Assembly (NCBI GenBank): GCA_002633005.1
Contig: NMRA01000015.1
Coordinates: 1,237,277-1,301,276, forward strand
Direction of reading: 5' to 3'
DNA from: Phoronis australis
Taxonomy: Eukaryota > Animalia > Phoronida
Length of the DNA stretch: 64,000 nucleotides
Below are positions 1-12,300 of the stretch, piece by piece. Under the pieces are notes generated by a model that made no database searches, was not told where the DNA came from, and saw nothing but the letters and a program-made list of their open reading frames with translations. A program made the translations under genes and the position numbers. Every line of letters starts with the position of its first letter. Position 1 is the stretch's first letter.

Positions 1-326
1 CGATAACTTGTCGCTGGTCTCAACCCCATCCCCGTCAGGAGCTGACAGTGTATCTGTATCAATATGAAGTTCATTCATCTTTTTCGCTAGATCAGACACC
101 TCCTTATCTCCCTCATTGCCATTTGACAAACATTTAACACCATTCTCGTTTTCACTCATCGTAGTTGGCGATAACTTGTTGCTGGTCTCAACCCCATCCC
201 CATCAGGAGCTGGCGGGGTATTTGTATCAGTATGAAGTTCATTCACTTCTTTAGCTAGATTAGACACTTCCTTATCTTCCTCATCAACTTGAGTTTTATT
301 TGGCATGGGCTCATCATTGTCTTCAC
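1..326 (-). CDS. USP16/USP45: USP16/45 exon, acidic insert with 56-aa tandem repeat, truncated by window edge
   Basis: ttccag acceptor at 327-332; frame open to position 1; 168-nt period (position 1 vs 169). Confidence 0.85.
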
Positions 327-3300
327 CTGGAAAATATATCACACATTTCCTAAACATTGCATTCAATGATAAACTTGGTTCTTGTTATCATTATATAAAT
401 ATGAAGTGATAAAATTGTTTTCACTGGTGTTGAACTCATTTCTTTGTGACATTACACACAATGAGTATATCTGAGATATTGCCAGCATCATTCTGAGTTT
501 TAAGGTTGGATTTCAGATTTGTGTGTCCAAATTTACCTTCCTGAGAGAAATCCTCTTGTGTGGCTGCACCTGTCGACTGTGCTCGGTTCTTCCTCCTGTT
601 TTGCTTGTTTTGTTGTTTCTGCAACAACAAAACCAATAGAAAACAACAACAACTACTACTACTATTAGCTTAGCCACGTAAATATTATTAATCAATGTCA
701 CCTGAAAAATTACAAAGTTTCATACAATCTGGACCATTTTTAAAAAAGTTACAACAAAAACAAATTGAAGTCACCACCAGGGGGCATAGCAGTAGTCAGA
801 ACAGTCCAAAGATTGGTGGTACTAATCTCTTCTGGACAGACAAATGTCTATCAAATCACCACCAGGGGGCACAGCAGTAGTCTGAACAGTCCAAAGATTG
901 GTGGTACTAATCTCTCCTGGACAGACAAAAATGTCTATCAAATCACCACCAGGGGGCACAGCAGTAGTCAGAACAGTCCAAAGATTGATGGTGCCAATCT
1001 CATATGGCCAGACAAATGTCCATCAAATTTAATGAAGATCCTTAACATGCTTTGGACATGACACTGTGATTAGAATAAGCCAAAACACCGACACAGACTA
1101 GGCAGCAATATGCATCCACATAATTATCTACAGTCACAGTCCTTATCTTTATCACATTTCTCTAGACATCTTTGCATAATGCTGGTCACAAACCAACCTT
1201 TTCCTTTTTGGTCTTTTCTTTCTGTTTCTTTAACTGATTCTTAGATGCTCTATCATCACTGTCACGGGCCATACTGTCCAAGTTAAGCCCATACTCCTTG
1301 CCACCTCCAGCCTTGTGTTTCACAACCTGAAGACCGTCAAAACACAGTTAAACATAGTAGAAACAAATCCATTTTGCATTATCACCACGTTGAAGGATTT
1401 CCAGTAGCAAGTTATACCACTATACAGAAAACATTAAATATTTTTGAAACAATTGAAATCATCTCGACCACTGTTACATGTACACAAGTTAGAGTGGTCG
1501 TTGTTGATGCGCTTCTGGAGGCAAGTAAAATTTTTGTCAGGCTAAAATTTCACATGGAACAATGCAACAATGTATTTAAAAGATGGCCTGAAGTCAAATG
1601 TCAAACCTGTCCGTTGCAATGAAAGCTATAAAGCATTGTGTGACATATTAGCAGTATTGTAAAAAGCCCTTAACACTTGTAGAACTTTCATACCAGGGTT
1701 TGCCTTCATTATTTTGTAATTCAAATAGTGCTTAACGACATACACTCAATACAAAAGGTAAAAAATGAACGCGTAAAACGCCGTACTCCTGGATAACACT
1801 GCCGTTAAAACAACCATCAATCAAGTTTTTAAAACACATTTCTACTTACTTGTTCCTCAACAATTGGTAGAGAGAGGTCGAGAAATGGCTCAAATATCTG
1901 TGAAGGCTGAAATGAACAAACAATGTTAATTATCCACTGTAATTCTAGGAGCATAGTGTAACAGTAGTGTCCATATTCGGTCGTACTTTTACACCAAACA
2001 ACACGTAGGTGCTGCTACCAATGGAAAACTAATATCTATATTGACACATGCGCTTATACAAGTTTGTCAGTGATATTAATTAGATAAATACAGAGTGTCC
2101 TCAACTAGATCAACAAGCATCCAATTAACATCATATCCAAACCATATTAGTAGCACAGTCCACAACAATGTACAGTGCCCTTTTATGAACTAGGAGAACA
2201 ATTTACCGTATTAATATGCAATTGGACTTGTCATCAACAAATAAACCAACTCACTGTTTGGCACTCGTCACACAGAACTGTACTGATGAGATATCCACCA
2301 AAGATACTGTCCACAAATGTGTGCTTGGCCTGACGTCCATACTCTGCAGAAAGAATAAATGTGTTATTAGGCCAGAAAAAGTATATCAACATTGCTTAAA
2401 AACAAAAAGAAAAACTCATGTTTAACTCAGGCATTCTTTTTCATCAAAAAAAAATATTTTTAAAGCCTTAAATTAAAATGCATTCTAGTTCAATTTTATT
2501 GAAGCCTGTCAACTCAGCTACGATCACTGCCAATGAATATTCATGAAATTTGAAAAACAAATCGCAACTCATCTAACACGTGTCCTAATCACCATGAATT
2601 CAAGCAATAAAAAACTGTTGGTTCTGCCAAACCTAGAAATCACTCAAAATCCTGCACCATGTTTAAAACAGTTAAAAAAGTTGCAAAGTTCACAGTGCCC
2701 TCGCGTGCCTCAGTTGCAAAGTTCACAGTGGAAAGCTCAAGTGTCTCATGTGCAAACAGTTGTCGATGCTCTTTCTCGTGTCCACCACTAACCAGAAAAT
2801 CTTGAAAGAACTTAATGTGCAAAATTTCTGTACCTGCCTTTAGATAGATAAATTATGCTTAAATGCATTTTCTACTGATGCCAGTCAGTCATTTCATGTC
2901 AAGGTCGTTCATCTTATGTCAAGGTCGTTCATTCTATGACAAGGTCACTCATTTTATTTGAAGGTCGTTATTTTATGCAAAGATCGTTCTTTTCTCAAGT
3001 CCTGTGGAAACCTTGGGTACACAATTTTGTCTGTCAAATATGAACTCCGAGTCCAATTTACCGACAGCCCCTGGACCCTGCAATTTCCACAATATGTCCT
3101 TGAAAAAATTACATCACATATGTACCCCTGATCTTTAGCTTCTAATTACATCACATACGTACCCCTGATCTTTAGCTTCTTATCTTCATCTAGGTTACGA
3201 ACAGAGTCTCCATCTTTCACCTCAAAATGTGTCATGATAGCATCCTTGACACGCTACAAGAGCACAATTGGAAAACAAGCTGTATAAAAATTGCTAATAA

Positions 3301-6300
3301 AAATGTATTCAATACGTTAACATGGAATGGATTCATATTTAATGGCAAGACACAATTTGACACAAAGATCAACAAGAGCAACGCAGGGCGTTGAAATGCG
3401 CCCACGAATGCATCGTAAATGGTGTGCTTCCAGGGTTATTTATTTGTATCATAAAAATGGCCACTAGATGGCGCAAAAACGTACAATCCATCAAAAAACT
3501 GGAACAAGCCATATTTCATAAAAATGAAACTTCAGAAAAACAAAGGAAAACAGAATAAAATGAAATTGCCACTTAAGTGGGGCACAGTGTCCGTTGGATC
3601 CGTCTGAATGTCGTTGAAATCTGTTGTTATCTTCATTACAAATACACTCACTAAATTTAATAAAGATCCTGCAGTGGGTTTAGGACATATAGCTATGGGC
3701 ACAAAACAAAACAAAACTACCACTAGGAGGAGCAACAGTAGTCAATCACCATCATCAAACGTCGTCCCCTTTACACTGAGAACATATATGCCATTTTTTA
3801 AAATCATCCCTAGAATGATTTGGTTGATGAAGGGTGGACGCCAAAAACAAGATTCGAAAACAGCAAAAATGGCCACCAGGTGGCGGAAAATACCTTGATT
3901 CCATCCAAAAACAGGAGTATAGCGTCACCTCACCAATAGATGCCTATATTCAAAATTTTATGAAAATCTGTTGAGGACCTTTGAACATATAGAGTTAAAC
4001 GTAAAAAACTGAAATTGCCATTAGGGGGCAAACCAGCAGTCAGATCCGTCCGAAACTTGTCGTCGTTCATTGCCTACACCATATGAATATGCTTTCTAAA
4101 TTTAGTGAAGAACCTGCGAACAGTTTAGGAGATATAAGCATAGGCGCAAAAAAAACTGCGACTAAGAGGCGCCACAGTAGTTGAATTCGTTGGAAAATCA
4201 TCATCAGCAGTCCACTTCACAGTATGAATGTACATGCCAATTTTCATAACCATTCTTCGAGTGGTTTGGTTGATAGAGGTGGACGCAAAAAAACAGACTC
4301 GAAAACAGTAAACATGGCCACTAGGTGGCGCAAACTACATCGCATCCATCGGAAAACAGGAGAACAACGTCATCTCACTAATACGTGCCTACATATCGAA
4401 TTTTATGAAAATCCGTTAAAGACTTTTGAAGATACAAAGATAAACGTAAAATACTAAAATTGCCACTAGGGGGCACACCAGTAGTCGGATCCGTCCGAAA
4501 GTCGTCGTCACCTGTTGTCAACATCATATAAATACACTTCCTAAATTTACTAATGATCGCTCAAACGGTTTAGGAGATACAGGCATAAGTGCAAAAAAAC
4601 AAAACTGCCACTAGGAGGCACCACAGAAGTGCGAATCGTCGGAAAATCCCCGTCAACCGTCCACTTCATAGTAAGAACATACATGCCAATTTTCACAATC
4701 ATCCTTTAAGTGGTTTGGTTGATAGAGGGGTGGACGCAAAAAACAGACTCTAAAACACTAAAAATGGCCACTAGGTGGCGCAAACTACGTTGAACTCAAC
4801 CGAAAACAGCAGGAAGGAACACATGTGCAAAATTTCATGAACATACGTCAAGGCATTTTGGAGATAGAGCAGCGGACGCCCGACGGACGGAGATGACGGC
4901 ATAATGCGTCCACATATAAATATGTGGGCACATAAAAATGTCACAGGGAAATCTCAGTTGATACAGCTTTTTAGTGATTTTTTGCAAGTTTGTAAGTCAT
5001 GTCAACTTTGCTTTTGTCACATGTGCGAGAGACAAAATATTTGTCAATGGTTACAATGAATTTCATAATTTCACAACTTGTGAAGAAAGAACCACCACTT
5101 GATGCAGCATATCATAACAAACACAAACACTACTTGGCTCACATTTAGCCACAGAATTTTCAAAATCACACAGAATATCTCAGAATTTCAGGCACGCAAG
5201 TTTTGTTACAGAATGTCATTATTCTGTGCATTAAGTGACCTGTACAACATCCCTGCCCTAGACACACAGCTCAGAATAACACTTGTGAACACTATTCACC
5301 CAAGAAAATTCAACAGTTTCAAAAAAAATCCAGCTTTAAACTTAGATGTTTGACAGAAGAAAAGTCATGAACCACTATTTCAATACAATGCAGTCAGTAC
5401 CTTAACCTCTTCCATTTTTATCCCGTCCATTAGTTGACGCAGTAACTCGTGACTGTCCTGTTGTTGGAAACCTTTAAACCGAGGAGCCCTGAAATTATAC
5501 CAAAATCTTCCACATGTATCAGAGTAAGCGTGTGTCATCCTACGGCTAATAGACATTTGGAACATGCGACACATGCAATACAAATACAACTAGGAAGCCA
5601 CACCCTTATAATGTTGATGTGCAATGTGGCACAAGCAAGCCCTGCCCACAAAATAGAGATTGACAAGGTTGACAATTACTTATAATTAGGACAATGTTAA
5701 CTGCTAGGTATCCTGGGCACAGAATAAAAGTTGACAGTACCAACCATGTTCAAGTAATGGGATTTAAAGTCGCCCTCCTAACACTCGGCATGACTATGAA
5801 AAAGGTTAGAAGTAGTGATTATTGGCAACATCAGAAGATTAAAGCGTTAAATGACATCAACATCTGTGACAATGTTCACTCTGACTCAAGGTATTAATGT
5901 CAGACCCAGTTACAATACAAGATATAAGTAACCACACAAAATACAGTGTCCCTGTCATGACTAGTTCTGTTAACAGCAAACGTGGCTAGTAATAGCTATT
6001 AGGGTGGCAAAATTCTATTACAGAATAGCTAAATTTACAGTTAATTTCCCTTCATTCTTTGTCATCAGGGGAGACTACTCTGAAAATGAATTCGACTTCT
6101 GCCCAGCTGTCACGACAGAAAATTCCAGGTCATTTGGCTGGTGCTATAGTCGAGTGAGCACATTTGGTGAAAAGCAACAAAATATGTGTCACTCCTTTGC
6201 AAACCCTTCAATTGTAGTGTTTGCACCACAAATATCTGTATGAGTGGACACTGAATTCAACTGAGAACTCACTTTTTGCACACTTGGGCAAACAACTGGC

Positions 6301-9300
6301 TTGGGTTAATAATGCCAGTGGATGATGCCTTCATTGAGCGTAGGAAGAACATCAGTTGATGAGTCATCTGACCACCTGGGGCTAACGGAAGATCAATTAA
6401 GGGCAACTGGAATACAAAAAACTCAAATTAATGTATAAATCTACCCATAATGTCCAAATCACCACTGACAGTCTCTCAAACAGTTTTGGTGATTCCCTCG
6501 CAGTAACTAGTCTCTCTGTCATGGCTGATTTCACCCAATTCTTTTGAAACATATTGCATTTGTACTTAAACATCACTAATTACCAACCCAGCAGACCCAG
6601 GACTTCAATAGGAGATTGCACATAACTTACTACTTGGCTAAGAGACTTTCACTGAGAAAAAAGCTGAAGCGCTCAAGCACTCGCTAGATTTTGTTACCAG
6701 CAAAATGAGTCATCATTACTAGCATTAGCCCTTTTGCAGCTGTCACTACGTATAATTCCAATAATCAGTTCATGCTCCGTCTACACCCATACTATTACTG
6801 CAACAAAACATTCTGAAAATATGTCACAGAGTGTGGTGCACTGTTTACACAACAACACTATGCAAACTCTAAACAACAGATAAACAGTCTCAACAACACT
6901 ACATACCTCAACTCGGCCATTCTGTTGATGTCCCTCTGCATGCCTCAAAACTCGGCCCAGGATTTCAGAACGTCCTTCTTTACAGTAGTTAGCCAATAAC
7001 TTCTCAAGGCCACTAGTGTGACTCAGCACCTGTAATGGTCACGTTAACAAGTCATAAAGATCTGTGAGGTACACCATCATTTGAATTCATATTAGGGTGA
7101 TGATAACTGATCATCATTCATAGACTCTTGTGATCATTTGTCACTGCTCAGTGATGAGAAATCAACAGAAATTATCACAATTGATGATAAACCTTANCAG
7201 TGTACTGAACACAACCTCAAAATGGCATAACGGGGGGCAGTGTAGTAAAACTACTAAATGAGGGTGGTAAATCGGAATCGTGTTTCAAGACATCTGTGTA
7301 ACAATCTACAGGCACCACTAAACAATGCCAAGTGAATAATAAATCAATAGCTTTCATTCAAGAAAAAATATGAACAGTTAAAACTGGACAGTTTTTATAC
7401 CGTGAAAACATGGCTGCGAAGCCGTAAAATGTGTTTGAGCCTATAACTTTAGAAAAACGCAATATTTTGAGGAAATATTTTACAGCTGTTTATAGATCTC
7501 ATAGGACTACCTATGTGCCAAATTTGGTGAAAATCGGCTGACCCCCACCTTGCCGCTCATGGCTGGTGCTCTCGTGGACTAGTACTTAATATGAATCCCC
7601 AATAACTATTATTATAAATAATAACATGTCCTCCAGACGCCACCCTCTTCAGTCCTGCAATTACTGATGACGGTATTGACATTTGTTCCGTAGCCACGGC
7701 TAATAAGCCACCAGGTAATGTCTATTAGGGCAAGTCATTTACAGGGGCCACGGACTTTGAGAACCAGTTTGATGTCTGTTATTCAGTATATAAAACTGGT
7801 TCTCAAAAAATGCGGGACCCCTGAAAGTGACATTACAATCCATTGGGTAGTTATTCAACTGCCTGGTAACCAACTCAACTGCTATCTAAAATTTTTTTTT
7901 TGTTTTTTGCTGGTTTAACAACCACTGAGCCCAATCTACATTAAACAAGATACCACTGCCCCTCAAGTCAACAGTTTATTAATATTTCAGGAATAGTCAC
8001 TTACAGGGGGTCCTGGATTTTGAGAACCAGTTTGATACCCGTAACTAAGTGGAGAAAACTGGTTCTTAAAACCCTTAACCCCTTGTAAGTGACTGTTACT
8101 GAAATTTCTACAAACAATGACAAAGAACCTGGGGTCACTTACTTGCATGACTGCGTTGAAAAAGCATGTGTTGCCTAAGTTGCGCAGACCTTTCACCTTG
8201 GGGGTGTGATTTAATTGAGCTTGCGAGGTGGAATGATTCTTTGCTTGTTTCAAGTTGGTTTCCATTGAACACTGGTCTGTAAAGCCACTTGCAGTGGATG
8301 AGTTGTCCGAGACTGACACACCTAAAATGAAGGCTTCCTTAACAGACACACTTTCACAAGCTCAAAAAATTAGATGAAAAAACAGTGACAACACCGACAA
8401 TGAATACTTTACATCTGCTATGCACCAGTTTTCAGTGAAAATACAAATAATTAGATTTAGTCCCCTTTCCATAAGTTGACCCAGTCTCTGCTTGATAGTG
8501 GTTTCTAGGCTTAGGGACAATGGAAAATCAGGTATTGCTAGAGATGGGGGTCAATAAGTTGGCTTACCATTCTATGAATGGAAAACAACATGGCTGAAAG
8601 TCGAGTGGTTCCCTGCCCTATTGCTAAACGGAATTACATTAACATACCATATCATGTTATGTGACACCAACTGGGAACTCACCCTTCACAGCATCATCAC
8701 TCTTCTCAGCCTTCACCTGTCCACTTCTACCTGTTAACTCGGCACGAGCATCACCCCGCCCACTACGCGAAGTCACAAACTTCAGAGCACTCTCCACACA
8801 CTGGGCGAGTGCCTTGTCACAACTGACGTTCACTTCATCGTCACACTCATAACACCATACCCTCCTGGTGGCCAGGCAAAGAGCAAGAGCATGTGAATCA
8901 GAGTGATTAGTCTTGTAGTGCGCCAACGCGTGCTGGTGTTTTGTCTGTCGTCCACAGCCCTGAAATTGCATGATTCCCATACTTAGAGTGGATATGAACC
9001 CATGTTCTGTTCAGGAAGTGAAATAAATTCTATACATTTATAGATATTTGGCTAAATGTACGGAATTGCCACTCAACACACGTGGGTCTAGTGAACCTGG
9101 CGTGCGTTCAGTAAACGCTAGGACCTAGCTAAAATCTAGTCAGTCACGTGTTCTTATTTAAAATACACGGCAATGTCTCACGTAATCTCGCGAAGTCTTG
9201 CTTTTTAGCGAGGTCCTAGCGTTACTGAACAAGAAGCTGGTCTTAACATTGGTAGGACCCTAGAAAAATGTTCAAGATTTGGCTCAACTCGGAACATCGT

Positions 9301-12300
9301 ATCTTAGAAATGGCTGGTTGGATTCATCGGAATTATTACGCTTTATGCACTGTTCGCATCAAATATGCAGTTAGGAATTGTTTTTACAGAGCTCCGCTTT
9401 TGTATGAGGACTTTTTAAATTATGATTTTCAAGCAAAAATGAAAAGAAGTGATAACTTAGAAAACAGTAATAGCATTTTTGAGATGTCATTTTGAACGTT
9501 TATAATAAACTGCTGTTTTGTTATCAAAGTACTTTTCTTTTTTGCTAAATTTTAACAAGAAGATACGGTCATGTGACCCAATTAAAAAGTAAAAAATCTC
9601 TATTTTTAGAAAACACCTAGTACTTTTAATGAGATGAAATCTATAGTTTTGTAGATGCTTAGCAGGGCTCGACACTATGAAAATCGCCAGGTCGCATTTT
9701 CAAAATTCAGCTTGCATTAATAAATGCCAGGTTGCAAATTTTCCCACCATTTTTACACGCCAAAATAGCTTTTTTAGATTATCGTTCATATTATGGTCTT
9801 ATCTGCGGTGTTAATACTCACAAATTTCAGGTAGCAAAATTGAGTTCTTACATGCAGATACGGCATTACTGCTCTTCACAACTGTCATTCAAAGGTTGTT
9901 GCCGACGTGAAAGTTGAATCAGTGCTCTCTAACCAACACGTGTATTCAAGTAGCTAAATTTGCAATGTGAAAAGAGAAAAAATATCTGTTGAAAAAGCAT
10001 CCGCGATTTTGCTAGGTCTGACTTGCTATATGTGTGTCATCAATGTCATTAAACAGCCAAACTAACTTTGAGAGCAAATTCCCTCCATTTTTATTCGCAG
10101 CAACCCAACTTGATGTTTTTCAAACATCCTGTCGAAAAAAATCTGTGAAACGTTACCCTAGCCAAATGACATATGCGGATGCGAGGGTACGGATCAACGC
10201 AAATTTCACAACAAAAATGCTGGATTTAAGCTGTTTAAGTACTCAACAATTAGTTTTCCATGAAATGAAAAGCCTCGAAATCAATCCTGAATCTGTGCAG
10301 TTTCCATCGAGTAACTCAAGTTTGCTCCTCAATTCCCTCCATGTACGGGAAAAATAAGTCAGTCACAAAACAACACACGTCACTAGTCTTACTTTCTTTC
10401 GGAGGTAAAACAAAGCCGAGGTTGGTTCTTACATATTGAGAAGATGTTTTCTTTGAAAACTGAATTTGTTGTATAAAATGAAAGTGACTCACTACATATA
10501 GGTTGTGTGTCAATTTCAAAACACGTGCGCTTGTTTGTAGTGCGCTATGATGGGCGCGAGCCTGAACTTAACGCTTAATTGGAAATTCTCAAAAGTTGAG
10601 GTTGGACGCTTAGTAAAGCAGTGAGTGCTTACTGCGAAACACTTCAAACGTAGGGAGTAGGCGCATAATTTCGCATCTACCGGTTTAGTTGCAGTAGCTG
10701 GCTACAGGCATAGATCATCGACCCAGGGAACATCGGAACAGGAAAATATGAGTTGTGGACTACATCGCATCTTTCTTAACCACCGGAAATCTATTAAATT
10801 CATAGTCAAATAAACCATTGGCACCCAAGTGCTTAACAGAGCCAAGCCGGTATACTCTTTCATTTAGGACTGTCGCTGTTCTCTTTTGATGTGCAGCTTT
10901 GGAGTGGTGCGCCAGAGTGAGATCAGGCACTTGAATCGCTGGAGTAGGCCTACACTTTACGTTGGCAACAACATGTGACAGACGACTTGTATCTCACGCA
11001 CGCAGCCCCAGAAACAAGCAAAGGGTTTTAAAATTTCTTGGAGACTCAAAAACTACTTTGCTGAAAGTAAAGACGTGATCGTCATTTAGCGATTAGTAGA
11101 AGGGGTGATCCAGGATTTCTAGTTAGGGGGGGCCAGGGCAGAGTATTAGCCAGGATTATGCTCATCAGACATTCGCAGCCCCAAACTGCCCAATGGAATC
11201 TGGGAGTTTTAGGGGGGCCATGCCCCCCCTCTAAATTCGACACTGAATAAGATTGTCATTTTCATGTTTGCTGTCTTTGGTGATAAAAAACGAGACGCAC
11301 ATTTCCAAGTCATGGTCGTCTGCCGAGACTGCTTGCGTACTAACAACGAGACCGACCAGTGCTGCAGTGTGTTACCAGGGATTTTGTCATGGATATTTGA
11401 TAATAAGGACATCTTACATAAAAATGTTTTTCCACCACAAAGTTTGGCAAGTTAATCGTCTAAGAATTAGTAGAAACACCGATGTTTTGTGACGTTTTAT
11501 GACGCGTTATGCCGTGGTCTGAAACTTTCATCGGTATATCAGGAAATTTGCCAAATTAGCCGAAAATGTTAGCCAATGAAACACGTCAAAGATTGATTCC
11601 GCATTGTCCCATGTTCACGCAACATGCTTACAAGTCATCGGGAGGGCTGTTCTTGGTTTGTGTTCTTTTGAACTTCATTTGGCCACAACCAAATGACGGT
11701 CGGATTCACACGAGTTGCTTTATATCTGTCTGGCATCTGAAGAGAAGTGTAAAAACTCAGCTCGCATATGTTGGAAATCCTAGGTCGCATTTTGCGACTT
11801 GATACGAGCTGGCAAAAATCTCAGCCCAACATTTCCAAATTTCAGGTCGCAAATGTGACTTGCAGCTCGTTATGTCGAGCCCTGCTTAGTTAAATATGCA
11901 GATTTGTCACTAAGGTCCAGCATAGCCTTAACGGTGAACCCAAGCCTAAACAATGAAGTGAAATTTAGCAATGTGAATAAGTCACCAATGTCCATTTGAT
12001 AACAGAAGCCACCAGCTCTCACGGCAATGAAAAGTTTGAGACAGGTGTAATCACATTCCTTCCTCTAAATAAAGTTGATTTCTGGGCTAAAGGGGAGCTG
12101 ACAGTTGGATATTGCTCAAAACCAGGCTCAATAATATGGCATGTCACCGTGTGTCACTTTATGCACCAAGGAACATCTCAAGCAATGAAGCACTGCCATT
12201 TTTTACCAAGCCAGGAATCATTTCTCATCCACACGATGAGCAAATTGAACCAAGTTTTACAACATTAAGTGGAGGCCAAATCAAAAGTTTAGCTTTTTGT

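Noticed and set aside
771-1025. Repeat ORFs 695..880 and 765..1061 as a repeat protein or array
   Set aside because: Lies in a USP intron, units are not a constant multiple of 3, sequence matches HINE internal units
9673-9679. CACTATG (ProtoRAG-like heptamer) near a transposon end with 5-bp TSD
   Set aside because: Not terminal, not mirrored at the other end, no nonamer or RAG-like ORF
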